This document shows positions 38,448 to 47,515 of a stretch of DNA of 64,000 bases, piece by piece. Under the pieces are notes generated by a model that saw only the letters and a program-made list of their open reading frames with translations, had not been told where the DNA came from and did not search any database. Numbering within the stretch: position 1 is the stretch's first letter; every line of letters starts with the position of its first letter. Source of the DNA: Clostridia bacterium. Lineage in GTDB: Bacteria; Bacillota; Clostridia; Christensenellales; QALW01. The stretch is taken from the NCBI GenBank assembly GCA_045652205.1, contig JAZRTX010000030.1, forward strand, positions 38,433 through 102,432. The letters are read 5' to 3'. A program made the position numbers and the translations under genes.

Positions 38448-38523
38448 TAGTGCATATTTACTATAAAAGAAATTTATGGTATAATGGCATAAAAGATATT
38501 TATAAAAGTGAGGTGCCAAGGTT

Positions 38524-40389
38524 ATGGCAGAGAAGAAATACGTTATCGATAATGCCGAACTGATGGCAGAATGGAACTGGGAAAAGAACGCAGAATTTAA
38601 CCCAAATCAATTGACTCACGGAAGTCATAAAAAGGTATGGTGGAAATGTATCAAAGGCCATGAGTGGCAAGCGACAATAGTTGATAGAAATAATAGACAT
38701 GGATGTCCATATTGTTCGAATAAAAGAGTGTTAAAAGGCTATAATGATTTACTGACAATCAATCCAACTTTAGCAAATGAGTGGAATTACGAAAAAAATA
38801 ATGAATTAACTCCTAGCGATGTAATGCCCAATAGCGGGAAAAAAGTTTGGTGGAAATGTAAAAATGGTCACGAGTGGCAAGCGACAATAGGGAGCAGAAA
38901 CGGTGGACGTGGTTGTCCGTATTGTTCAGGATATTATGTCATTAAAGGACAAAACGATCTGCAAACGGTAAATCCCTCTTTAGCAAAAGAATGGAATTAT
39001 GAAAAAAACAATGGATTAACCCCTACGGATGTAATGCCCAATAGCGGAAAAAAAGTTTGGTGGAAATGTAAAAATGGTCACGAGTGGCAGGCATCAATTA
39101 ATAGTAGAAACAATGGCATTGGATGTCCATATTGTTCGGGACGATTCGCTATTAAAGGTCAAAATGATTTACAAACGGTAAATCCCTCTTTAGCAAAAGA
39201 ATGGAATTATGAGAGAAACAATGGCTTAACACCTATGGATGTAACACCCAATAGTGATAAAAAAGTATGGTGGAAGTGTAAAAAAGGGCACGAATGGCAA
39301 GCGATAATAGGCAGTAGAAATAGAGGAAATGGATGCCCTGTTTGTAATTCCGAGCGAAACACTTCTTTTCCCGAATATGCTATAGTTTTCTATCTTAGAA
39401 AATATGGTTTAGAAACAATTCATTCGTACAAAGAAAACGGATACGAATTAGACATTTACATTCCATCTAAAAAAGTAGCCATCGAATATGACGGGCATCT
39501 TTGGCACAAAAACAAAACGAAACAAGATTTGATAAAAAACCGTAAATGCGTAAATGATGGAATTAAACTATATCGAATAAGGGAAGGACTACCGCTCCTA
39601 AATGACAGTTCTATAGATTATGTTGTTCAAAGAAACCAAGACGATCTCTCAAAAATACTCAAACTTCTTTTAAGTAAAATCACTGAAACTATCGTAGATG
39701 TCGACTTAAAAAGAGATGCTATTGCTATAGAAAACCTGAGAGAATATACAGAAAAAGAAAATTCTATTTCATTTGCTAATCCTAAAATAACGAAAGAGTG
39801 GAATCACGAAAAGAACTGTAATTTAAAACCGGAACATTTTGCAGCAAATAGCCATAAAAAAGTTTGGTGGAAATGCCCCAAAGGTCATGAATGGCAAGCG
39901 ACAATACAAGACAGAAACAATGGAAACGGATGTCCATATTGCTCGAGCAAAATAGTTTTACAAGGCTATAATGATTTACAAACGGTCAATCCAAGCTTAG
40001 CAAAAGAATGGAATTATGAAAAAAACAATGGATTAACCACCATGGATGTAATGCCAAATAGTTCTAAAAAAGTCTGGTGGAAATGTAGTGTAGGACACGA
40101 ATGGCAAGCAAAGATAGCTGATAGAAATCAAGGACGCGGATGTCCATATTGTGCAGGTAAAAAAGTGTTAAAAGGATTTAATGATTTGCAGACAGTAAGT
40201 CCAACTTTGGCAGCAGAATGGCATTATGAAAAGAATAATGGATTAACACCTATGGAGGTATCACCTAATAGTCATAAGAAAGTCTGGTGGAAGTGTGACA
40301 AAGGACACGAATGGCAAGCATTGATATACAATAGACAAAGAGGGAACGGTTGCCCTATTTGTAGAAAACTAAAAAATAAAGAGGTTTAG
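38524..40389 (+). CDS. zinc-ribbon repeat protein (7 x ~70-aa DUF4379-like treble-clef repeats) with a central Vsr/DUF559-like PD-(D/E)XK nuclease-fold core
   Basis: 621 aa. The repeat is L..EW.YEKN..L.P.DV.P.S.KKVWWKC..GHEWQA.I..RN.G.GCPYC. There are four copies at aa 13-276 and three at aa 422-621. The core at aa ~283-353 reads FPEYAIVFYL...GYELDIYIPSKKVAIEYDGHLWH...LYRIRE. An extended -10 (TGgTATAAT) lies at 38477-38485, with RBS GTGAGGTG. Confidence 0.8.
   Translation: MAEKKYVIDNAELMAEWNWEKNAEFNPNQLTHGSHKKVWWKCIKGHEWQATIVDRNNRHGCPYCSNKRVLKGYNDLLTINPTLANEWNYEKNNELTPSDVMPNSGKKVWWKCKNGHEWQATIGSRNGGRGCPYCSGYYVIKGQNDLQTVNPSLAKEWNYEKNNGLTPTDVMPNSGKKVWWKCKNGHEWQASINSRNNGIGCPYCSGRFAIKGQNDLQTVNPSLAKEWNYERNNGLTPMDVTPNSDKKVWWKCKKGHEWQAIIGSRNRGNGCPVCNSERNTSFPEYAIVFYLRKYGLETIHSYKENGYELDIYIPSKKVAIEYDGHLWHKNKTKQDLIKNRKCVNDGIKLYRIREGLPLLNDSSIDYVVQRNQDDLSKILKLLLSKITETIVDVDLKRDAIAIENLREYTEKENSISFANPKITKEWNHEKNCNLKPEHFAANSHKKVWWKCPKGHEWQATIQDRNNGNGCPYCSSKIVLQGYNDLQTVNPSLAKEWNYEKNNGLTTMDVMPNSSKKVWWKCSVGHEWQAKIADRNQGRGCPYCAGKKVLKGFNDLQTVSPTLAAEWHYEKNNGLTPMEVSPNSHKKVWWKCDKGHEWQALIYNRQRGNGCPICRKLKNKEV
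38560..39351 (+). repeat. in-frame 210-bp tandem coding repeats (4 units); three more units at 39787..40386
   Basis: For example, gtaatgcccaatagcgg(g/a)aaaaaagtttggtggaaatgtaaaaatggtcacgagtggca occurs at 38821 and again at 39031, an offset of exactly 210 bp. Confidence 0.85.
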
Positions 40390-40433
40390 TATGTTTGAGT
40401 GGATTAAAAAGCATATTTTATGGAGTGTTAACT

Positions 40434-40952
40434 ATGGATTTTGAAAAGATAATTGACGAAAGATATTCCGTTAGAAGTTTTAAAGATGAGCATTTACCCC
40501 AAGACGTTCTTGATAAAATTTTAGAAGCGGGACACAAGGCGCCTACGGGTTGTAATTTTCAGCCACAGCGTATTCTTGTTTTAAACAGTGATGAAGCTAT
40601 CTTAAAATTAAAGGATTGTACCCGTTGTCATTTTAATGCGTCCACCGCAATGTTAATCTGCCACAACAAAGACGAAAGCTGGAAAAGAGCTTACGACGGG
40701 GCATTATCTTCACCTGTTGATGCAACAATCGTAACAACCTTTATGATGCTTGCAGCACAAAACCAAGGTGTTGGAACTTGTTGGGTAATGCATTTTAATC
40801 CTTTTAAAATAAAAGAAGCCTTTAATATCCCTGAAAACTATGAACCTTGTGCGTTACTTGTTATGGGTTATCCAGACGAAAATGCAAAGCCCATTGATAT
40901 GCATTTTAAAAATCGCGATATGAAAGAAACAGTTTTTTATGATAAATTTTAA
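40434..40952 (+). CDS. nitroreductase family protein
   Basis: MDFEKIIDERYSVRSF...APTGCNFQPQRILV matches the nitroreductase N-terminus. Start moved to ATG 40434, with GGAG 9 nt upstream. Confidence 0.85.
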   Translation: MDFEKIIDERYSVRSFKDEHLPQDVLDKILEAGHKAPTGCNFQPQRILVLNSDEAILKLKDCTRCHFNASTAMLICHNKDESWKRAYDGALSSPVDATIVTTFMMLAAQNQGVGTCWVMHFNPFKIKEAFNIPENYEPCALLVMGYPDENAKPIDMHFKNRDMKETVFYDKF

Positions 40953-40956
40953 AATA

Positions 40957-40982
40957 AAAAGCACCGTTTTTACGGTGCTTTT
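40957..40982. terminator. bidirectional intrinsic terminator
   Basis: AAAAGCACCG-ttttta-CGGTGCTTTT, lying between convergent genes. Confidence 0.85.
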
Positions 40983-40986
40983 AATT

Positions 40987-41871
40987 TTATACCATATTAT
41001 ATTTTTTAAGCATTTCCTTTTCAAAATCAAGAAGATATTTTGCTTCGGCATCAATTTTTGCTTCGGTGGGATCTTCTAAAAGATCGCGGTAAACGTGGAT
41101 ATCGCGTCCAACTTCGCCACCCTGCATAATAAAGGGTTCGGAAACAATACGGCCTTTATAGTTAATATCGGAAAGAGCCTTGAAAACTTCATCCCAATCA
41201 ATGTGGCCTCTACCCGGAGCGCGACGGTTGTTATCACCTGTGTGGAAGCTTGTAAGCTGGCTGCCAACAAGGCGGATAGCATCACCGATATTATCTTCTT
41301 CAATATTCATGTGGTAAGTATCAAGAAGAACGCCGATATTTTTGCTATCAATTTCTGAAACGTATTGAAGTGCTTCCTTTGCGGTGTTAATAAGGCAGGT
41401 TTCAAAACGGTTAACTGCTTCAACGCAATATGTAACATTGCAATCTTCGGCAACCTTGATAATTTCTTTCATACTTTTGATGCTCTGATTCCAGTAAGGC
41501 ATTTTTGAATCGCCCATATCGTCAGGCGTGCCCCATCCTGCATAGCTTACACCTGAAAGAAGTGTACCGCCACCAACGTGCATTTTTTTAACGATATTCT
41601 GAAGATATTCAACACCGCCCTTGCGGATTGTTTCGTTTAAGGAAGAAACGTCATAACGGCGGTCAAGACCTAAACTATAAGTAAGTTCAATGCCTTCATC
41701 ATCTGCTAATTTCTTTAAATCGCGGATATGGTCGTCAGTCATTTCTAAAAGCGGTTGAGCTTGGAATTCCAAAACGTCAAAGCCGATAGCCTTTGCTTTT
41801 TTAATGTACTTTTTATGGTCTGCTGCCCAGTTCTTCTCCCAGAAGTTCATGAAAATACCTAATTTATTCAT
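40987..41871 (-). CDS. xylose-isomerase-like TIM-barrel enzyme, ketose 3-epimerase (D-psicose/D-tagatose 3-epimerase) family
   Basis: 294 aa. The N-terminus GIFMNFWEKNWAADHKKYIKKAKAIGFDVLE parallels known DPEases. Metal-ligand pattern: E(CVEAVNRFE), D(LLDTYH), H, E(SEPF). Confidence 0.75.
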   Translation of the reverse strand: MNKLGIFMNFWEKNWAADHKKYIKKAKAIGFDVLEFQAQPLLEMTDDHIRDLKKLADDEGIELTYSLGLDRRYDVSSLNETIRKGGVEYLQNIVKKMHVGGGTLLSGVSYAGWGTPDDMGDSKMPYWNQSIKSMKEIIKVAEDCNVTYCVEAVNRFETCLINTAKEALQYVSEIDSKNIGVLLDTYHMNIEEDNIGDAIRLVGSQLTSFHTGDNNRRAPGRGHIDWDEVFKALSDINYKGRIVSEPFIMQGGEVGRDIHVYRDLLEDPTEAKIDAEAKYLLDFEKEMLKKYNMV

Positions 41872-41889
41872 AATTAAAATCTCCTTTAA

Positions 41890-43281
41890 TTAAAGTTTAA
41901 TTTCAGTATAGCCTAAATATTTACTTAATGCTTCACGGATTGCACAAGTATAATCACCTTCGGTAATAATTGCGTGATGCCTGAATCCTTCTTCTGCCAT
42001 GTGCTTTAATTTAGGTTGAAGTGAAGGAATTTCAACAACGCCGTAAGTACCAAAGAAGCGGCGGTCAAGTTCAGTATCAAGCACTTCTGCCTTTTCAACG
42101 AAATAACGTGTTTCGCCATTTTCAGTACGCATACCGCAAATTGTTATGGTGCAAGGTTTAATTTTGCCAACATTTACGCCCCAGGAGCAGTTTTCGCCCT
42201 GTGTTTTAGTAAACATTTTATGTTCTTCCATGTGACCTTTACCTGTAAGAAGATCAGAAGGCATAGGTCCGCAATGGAAAAGTATGCATTTATCAGGATC
42301 TGTGCCATAGTTATTATTAACGTCAAGACATCCAACACCTGTCATTGATGCCATAGCCAAAGCAAACATTGCAACGGCGTTAGTAACGTCAGTTTCGCAA
42401 ACAACGGGAATCTGCCTTTTATTTAAAATAGCCATTACTGTGCAGGGTGCAATCTTATATTCGTACTGAAGTTCACTCCAACACCTTATAGCCATAACGT
42501 CAAGCGCCATTTCTTCTTTAATTTCTTCCATAGCAACGCCTAATTTGCACTGATTAAGCATAGCGTAAGATGGCATATCGCTTATATCAGAAATACCGCA
42601 GATTTCCTTTTTCCAGTAATCAAGGCGGGGATCATCATCCTTAATATTTTTGATTTTATCAAAAATCTGGGTCATATCAAGGGTTTCAATATCACAGCCC
42701 CTTGCCTCTAAAGCACCTTCATCATAACGAACGCTTTTAAATGCGGTTGTTCTTGCACCAAGAACGCCTACGCGCATGTGCCTCATTCTTTTTACAATGC
42801 GACAAATTGCCATAAACTGTTTTAATTCTTTATTAAATTCATCACTTAAAGGATGAACGGTAAAGCTTTCAGTATGAACGATTTTAGCATTCATTTGCTT
42901 TAATACTGCACATAAACCAAGTTTGCCACAGAAAGCATCCCTACGGGAAGCAAAATCAAGTTTATCAAGTTCATCAGGATATGCCTGTAACAAAATAGGC
43001 ACGTTTATATCCTTAATAGCTTCCTTTATGCCGTTTTCATCACCAAAGTTTGGCAAGCATAAAATTAAACCATCATATTCCCCTTCGTGTTCTTTTAAAA
43101 ATTTATTAAAAATTTCACCATCAGGTCTCAATTCAACTGCACCGTATTTTGTGCAATCAGTGCCTAACATAAGTGCTTCTGCCCCTGCTTTTTTCAATGC
43201 CTCCGTCATTTCTTCCCTTGCTGAATCAATTACTGTGCTTGGAAAAAATCCACGATTTGCAATCAATACTGCTATTTTCAT
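41890..43281 (-). CDS. L-fucose/L-arabinose isomerase family protein (substrate unknown)
   Basis: ~463 aa starting MKIAVLIANRGFFP, with a FucI-like C-terminal domain. Start moved to ATG 43281 with GGAGG 8 nt upstream; the track start is a TTG. Confidence 0.75.
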   Translation of the reverse strand: MKIAVLIANRGFFPSTVIDSAREEMTEALKKAGAEALMLGTDCTKYGAVELRPDGEIFNKFLKEHEGEYDGLILCLPNFGDENGIKEAIKDINVPILLQAYPDELDKLDFASRRDAFCGKLGLCAVLKQMNAKIVHTESFTVHPLSDEFNKELKQFMAICRIVKRMRHMRVGVLGARTTAFKSVRYDEGALEARGCDIETLDMTQIFDKIKNIKDDDPRLDYWKKEICGISDISDMPSYAMLNQCKLGVAMEEIKEEMALDVMAIRCWSELQYEYKIAPCTVMAILNKRQIPVVCETDVTNAVAMFALAMASMTGVGCLDVNNNYGTDPDKCILFHCGPMPSDLLTGKGHMEEHKMFTKTQGENCSWGVNVGKIKPCTITICGMRTENGETRYFVEKAEVLDTELDRRFFGTYGVVEIPSLQPKLKHMAEEGFRHHAIITEGDYTCAIREALSKYLGYTEIKL

Positions 43282-43300
43282 TGTTTTATCCTCCTTCAAA

Positions 43301-43320
43301 TTACTTTAACGATAAAGTAA
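43301..43320. promoter_or_regulatory. candidate LacI-family operator
   Basis: TTACTTTAAC|GATAAAGTAA is a 20-bp palindrome centred on CG with one mismatched pair. It lies 20 nt upstream of the isomerase start, in the divergent region shared with the LacI gene. Confidence 0.55.
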
Positions 43321-43437
43321 TTATACCACATTTTACACTTAATGTCAATATTCAAAATTTATAATTTTAAAATTTTTCTTGACAAATTGCCGTTTATTTT
43401 ATATAAGTTAAGTATATATTATTTAAGGAGTTTAAGA

Positions 43438-44445
43438 ATGCCTGTAACTTTAAAGGATATTGCCGAAGAACTTAATCTTTCAGTTAATGCAGTTTCAAGA
43501 GCATTAAGAAATATGTCGGACATTGGCCCTGAAACTACAAAACTTGTGCAAGAAACTGCCCAAAGGCTTGGTTACCGCAAAAATCTTGCGGCAAGTTATT
43601 TAAAAACTGCAAAATCAATGATGTTTGGCATAATCGTGCCTGATATCTGCAACCCTGTTTTCTCATATATGTATAAAGGAATTGAAAAGATATGTAATCA
43701 AACTGATTACACTTTAATGCTTGGCAATTCAAACGAAAACTCAACAAAAGAAAACAAACTTATTGATAATATGGTTGCCCACGGGGTTGACGGTATTTTT
43801 ATCGTACCAAGCAAGGAATCGGATTTTAATTATCCCCGTATAGAGCAAGCAAATATTCCCTACGTGCTTTTACAGAGGAAAAATGAAACGCAAACGGATA
43901 ACTTTGTACAAAGTAACGACTATGAAGGCGGTTATCTTGCGGCAAAGCATTTGTTTGGTTTAGGGCACAGAAAATTTTTGCTTGTTTTTACCGATATGCA
44001 GATTTCTTCTGCCCGGGAAAGATATAACGGTTTTTGCGCTTTCTTAAATGAGCAGAATCTTGATAAAAACTGTATAGAAATACTTACCTGCGATAGTACA
44101 AGATTAGGCGGATACGAAGTAACGAAAGAATGGCTTAAAAAGCAGAATATTGAAAATTTAAGCGCCAACGCTATTTTCTGTTTTAGTGATTATATTGCTT
44201 ACGGTGTATACTCTGCTTTAATTGAAACCGGACTTAATATTCCAAATGACGTTTCAGTTGTGGGCTATGATAACAACGAATATTCCGATATTATTTATCC
44301 AAAGCTTACAACTATTGATATTCTGCCTTACGATATTGGCAAACATTCGGCAAAGCTGATGCTTGATTTAATTAAAAACGATGAATTAAAATCAAAAGGC
44401 ATAGTAATTACACCAACCCTTACAATTAAGGAATCAACAAAATAA
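43438..44445 (+). CDS. LacI-family transcriptional regulator
   Basis: HTH segment MPVTLKDIAEELNLSVNAVSRALRN plus a periplasmic-binding-protein-like core. Start moved to ATG 43438 (RBS AAGGAG). The promoter TTGACA-17-TATAAG lies at 43378-43406, inside the track's longer ORF. Confidence 0.9.
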   Translation: MPVTLKDIAEELNLSVNAVSRALRNMSDIGPETTKLVQETAQRLGYRKNLAASYLKTAKSMMFGIIVPDICNPVFSYMYKGIEKICNQTDYTLMLGNSNENSTKENKLIDNMVAHGVDGIFIVPSKESDFNYPRIEQANIPYVLLQRKNETQTDNFVQSNDYEGGYLAAKHLFGLGHRKFLLVFTDMQISSARERYNGFCAFLNEQNLDKNCIEILTCDSTRLGGYEVTKEWLKKQNIENLSANAIFCFSDYIAYGVYSALIETGLNIPNDVSVVGYDNNEYSDIIYPKLTTIDILPYDIGKHSAKLMLDLIKNDELKSKGIVITPTLTIKESTK

Positions 44446-44475
44446 AAAAAACGGCTTATAAAAGCCGTTTTTTTG
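44444..44475. terminator. bidirectional intrinsic terminator
   Basis: AAAAAAAACGGCTT-ataa-AAGCCGTTTTTTT, lying between convergent lacI-like and tkt genes. Confidence 0.85.
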
Positions 44476-44477
44476 TT

Positions 44478-46460
44478 TTATTTAAGAACACTTTTTGCTT
44501 TTTCTGCAACGTTTTGGGCAGTAAAACCAAATTTTTCAAAAAGAACTTTTGCAGGTGCGCTTGCGCCAAAGTGGTCAATACAAACTGTTGTGCCGTCTAA
44601 GCCAACGTACTTATACCAGGAGTATGCTGAGCCTGCTTCAACTGCAACACGAGCGCGAACATTTTTAGGAAGAACGCTTTCCTTATATTCTTCAGACTGC
44701 TTTTCAAAAACTTCAATTGAAGGCATTGAAACAACGCGGGCATCAATACCATCTTTAATAAGAAGTTCCTTTGCTTGCATTGCCTGTTCAACTTCAGAAC
44801 CTGAAGCCATTAAGATAACATCAGGTGTTTCTTTATTAGAATCTGCAAGGATATAGCCACCTTTAAGTGCATCCTTACCGCTATTTTCGTAGTAAGGAAG
44901 ATTCTGCCTTGTTAAAACGATTGCGGTAGGACCATCGTTATTCATAGCAACTGTGTAAGCTGCGGCAGTTTCCTTTGCATCACTTGGACGGAAAACCGTC
45001 ATACCGGGGATTGAACGAAGACCGATAAGCTGTTCAATAGGCTCGTGAGTAGGACCGTCTTCACCAACACCGATGGAATCGTGGGTTAAAACATAGGTTA
45101 CGGGAAGCTTCATTAAAGCTGCCATACGCATAGCGTTTTTCATATAATCGGTAAACACGAAGAAGGTTGCACAATATGGTGTTACACCGCCGTGAAGGTA
45201 TATACCGTTTACAATAGCCGCCATAGCGTGTTCGCGGATACCGTAGTGGATATTAGCACCTTCAGGTGTTTCAGCACTGAAATATTCTTTACCTTTAAGC
45301 TCGGATTTATTTGAAGGACCAAGGTCAGCACTGCCGCCGAATAAGTTTGGCTGCATTTTAGCAAGGCGGTTTAAAATTTCGCCTGAAATATTTCTTGTAG
45401 CGTTAGGCTTATTTTCAAATGCCCAGAAATCTTCGTTATTTTCAAGATCAACGGGGAATTCCCTGTTCATCCAAAGCTCATATTCCTTATAATCTTCGGG
45501 ATACTTTGTTTTATATGCTTCTAACGTTGTGTTCCAAGCGTCTTCAATAGCCTGTCCCTTATCTGCAATTTCTTTGGTGTGAGCTAAAACGTCCTCAGGA
45601 ATTTCAAAGGGAGCATAATTCCAACCTAAAGTTTCCTTTGCTGCTTTAAGGTTTTCTTCGCCTAAAGGTTCACCGTGTGCAGAAGCCTTACCTTGCTTTG
45701 CAGGGCATCCAAAGCCGATTTCAGTACGGCAGATAATAATTGATGGTTTATCTGTAACAGCCTTTGCTTCTTCAATAGCAGCAGCAACCCTATCTGTATC
45801 AGTACCGTCTTCAACCTGAACAACGTGCCAGCCTAATGCTTCATGGCGAGCACCAACATTTTCAGAGAAAGCAGTGTTAATATCGCCTTCAATAGTAATA
45901 TTATTTTTATCATAAATGCAGATAAGCTTGCCTAATTTTAAAGTTCCAGCTAAAGATGCGGCTTCATACTGAATACCTTCCTGTAAGCAACCATCACCAA
46001 CTAAAACGTAGGTGTAATGGTCAATAAGCTTTATATCATCCTTATTAAACTTTGCTGCCAAATGCTTTTCTGCCATTGCCATACCAACTGCGTTTGCAAA
46101 GCCCTGACCTAATGGGCCTGTTGAAGTTTCAACGCCTTTGGTGTGGCCGTATTCGGGGTGACCCGGGGTTTTTGAACCCCACTGACGAAACTCTTTAATA
46201 TCATCCATTGAAAGCGGATAGCCAAATAAATGTAAAAGTGAATACATAAGCATTGAGCCGTGACCTGCTGAAAGCACAAAACGGTCTCTATCCTGAAAAT
46301 CGGGATTTTTGGAATTAAATTTAAGATGCTTTGCCCAAAGTGCATAAGCAAGGGGTGCGCTTCCCATAGGAAGACCCGGGTGACCGCTGTTTGCTTTCTG
46401 AACACCTTCGGCTGAAAGAATTCTTATTGCGTTTACTGTTTTTAATTCAATGGGTTTCAT
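44478..46460 (-). CDS. tkt: transketolase
   Basis: ~660 aa with NSGHPG and the TPP motif VLVGDGCLQEG. Start at ATG 46460 with GGAGGT upstream. The promoter TTGCAA-17-TATAAT lies at 46504-46532 (minus strand). Confidence 0.95.
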   Translation of the reverse strand: MKPIELKTVNAIRILSAEGVQKANSGHPGLPMGSAPLAYALWAKHLKFNSKNPDFQDRDRFVLSAGHGSMLMYSLLHLFGYPLSMDDIKEFRQWGSKTPGHPEYGHTKGVETSTGPLGQGFANAVGMAMAEKHLAAKFNKDDIKLIDHYTYVLVGDGCLQEGIQYEAASLAGTLKLGKLICIYDKNNITIEGDINTAFSENVGARHEALGWHVVQVEDGTDTDRVAAAIEEAKAVTDKPSIIICRTEIGFGCPAKQGKASAHGEPLGEENLKAAKETLGWNYAPFEIPEDVLAHTKEIADKGQAIEDAWNTTLEAYKTKYPEDYKEYELWMNREFPVDLENNEDFWAFENKPNATRNISGEILNRLAKMQPNLFGGSADLGPSNKSELKGKEYFSAETPEGANIHYGIREHAMAAIVNGIYLHGGVTPYCATFFVFTDYMKNAMRMAALMKLPVTYVLTHDSIGVGEDGPTHEPIEQLIGLRSIPGMTVFRPSDAKETAAAYTVAMNNDGPTAIVLTRQNLPYYENSGKDALKGGYILADSNKETPDVILMASGSEVEQAMQAKELLIKDGIDARVVSMPSIEVFEKQSEEYKESVLPKNVRARVAVEAGSAYSWYKYVGLDGTTVCIDHFGASAPAKVLFEKFGFTAQNVAEKAKSVLK

Positions 46461-46621
46461 CAGTTTACCTCCGTAAACGGCTAAGCCGTAATTTTTCAAT
46501 TATATTATAGTATAATTAGCACTTTTTTGCAAGTAAATACACGCACATATCACAAAAGTTTTTCTTTCCTTATTGTTAATTTTTTGGTATAATGATTAAA
46601 AATCCAAATGGAGTGAATTTT

Positions 46622-47443
46622 ATGAAAAAATTTATTGCCTTTTTTTTAATATCAGTTTGTTTGTTTTCCTTTATTGGATGCAAGCAGGAAGTAAGTTTTA
46701 TTGAACTTAATAAAACAAAAGTTCCTGTTAATTACAGTGCAAAATATAATATTACAACTTCGGCAACGAATGCGCCTGATGGCAAACTTGAATATAATAT
46801 GGCATACGCCGTTACTTTAAATGAAGAAACCGGTCAATTAGAAATTAAAGGCAGTGCCAACGAACCTTGGATCAACGGCTTGAAAGATGAAGAATATAAA
46901 GAGGGTTATCAGATAATCACTACCTCTGCATTATTACAATATGCTGAAAAAGACGGTGTTTCATTTGGAATGCCCATTAAACTGGTGCAGGAATTTAAAG
47001 TTGACGTTGAAGAAAGCTTTTACACTTCATTTGATTATAGTTTTGATTATTCACTTAATTCAGGCTTTTTAAAAACAAAGGTTTATGAAAAGAATTCTGA
47101 AACAGGTTTTAAGGAAGAAGCCCATTCAATTCCATTAACAAAGCAGTTGTTTGATAAAGATGCGTTGCCATTTATAATGGCATCTTTTCCTGAAAGCGAT
47201 GGGGTTATAAATATTTGTTCAGGCAACAGAAATTCTTTACAAAGAGCAAGATACGAATTTATGGAAGACGAAACCGTTACAACAAGTTTAGGAGAATTTG
47301 CCTGCAAGGTTGTTCGTATAAGACCCGACACAAACTTTTCAGTAAACAGCGCAAGAATTTATTTTGATAAAGAAACAGGCGTGCCTGTTATGGTAACACA
47401 AGATAGTTCAAAAATGATTTTAACTGAATTAACGTTTAACTAA
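46622..47443 (+). CDS. hypothetical lipoprotein
   Basis: MKKFIAFFLISVCLFSFIGC is a signal peptide with a lipobox. Start at ATG 46622 (RBS GGAGTG). The extended -10 TGGTATAAT at 46585-46593 excludes the track's earlier start. Confidence 0.75.
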   Translation: MKKFIAFFLISVCLFSFIGCKQEVSFIELNKTKVPVNYSAKYNITTSATNAPDGKLEYNMAYAVTLNEETGQLEIKGSANEPWINGLKDEEYKEGYQIITTSALLQYAEKDGVSFGMPIKLVQEFKVDVEESFYTSFDYSFDYSLNSGFLKTKVYEKNSETGFKEEAHSIPLTKQLFDKDALPFIMASFPESDGVINICSGNRNSLQRARYEFMEDETVTTSLGEFACKVVRIRPDTNFSVNSARIYFDKETGVPVMVTQDSSKMILTELTFN

Positions 47444-47451
47444 ACAATATT

Positions 47452-47479
47452 AAAAGCGACCTGAAAAGGTCGTTTTTTT
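47452..47479 (+). terminator. intrinsic terminator after the lipoprotein gene
   Basis: AAAAGCGACC-tgaaaa-GGTCGTTTTTTT. Confidence 0.75.
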
Positions 47480-47483
47480 ATAT

Positions 47484-47513
47484 AAAAAAAACACCCTTGC
47501 GGGTGTTTTTTTG
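47484..47513 (-). terminator. intrinsic terminator after the 2177-aa secreted protein gene
   Basis: AAAAAAAACACCC-ttgc-GGGTGTTTTTTT. Confidence 0.8.
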
Positions 47514-47515
47514 TT

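Noticed and set aside
38122-38700. Four minus-strand ORFs (66-76 aa) from the track across the tRNA-Pro region
   Set aside because: They overlap the tRNA gene, its terminator and the tRNA-derived repeats (for example [25 protein letters not shown] is a translated tRNA). None has an RBS.
38560-40386. Regularly spaced near-identical DNA repeats that could be mistaken for a CRISPR-like array
   Set aside because: The period is 210 bp, the repeats are in frame, and they encode the 70-aa zinc-ribbon unit of one continuous 621-aa ORF. There is no short repeat/spacer structure.
44478-46460. Transketolase as a dedicated apulose-4-phosphate-type transketolase of a D-apiose pathway linked to the GH140-like enzymes
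   Set aside because: It is a full-length single-chain housekeeping-type Tkt with its own promoter and a bidirectional terminator. No apulose kinase or split aptA/aptB genes are present. This is kept only as a speculative remark.
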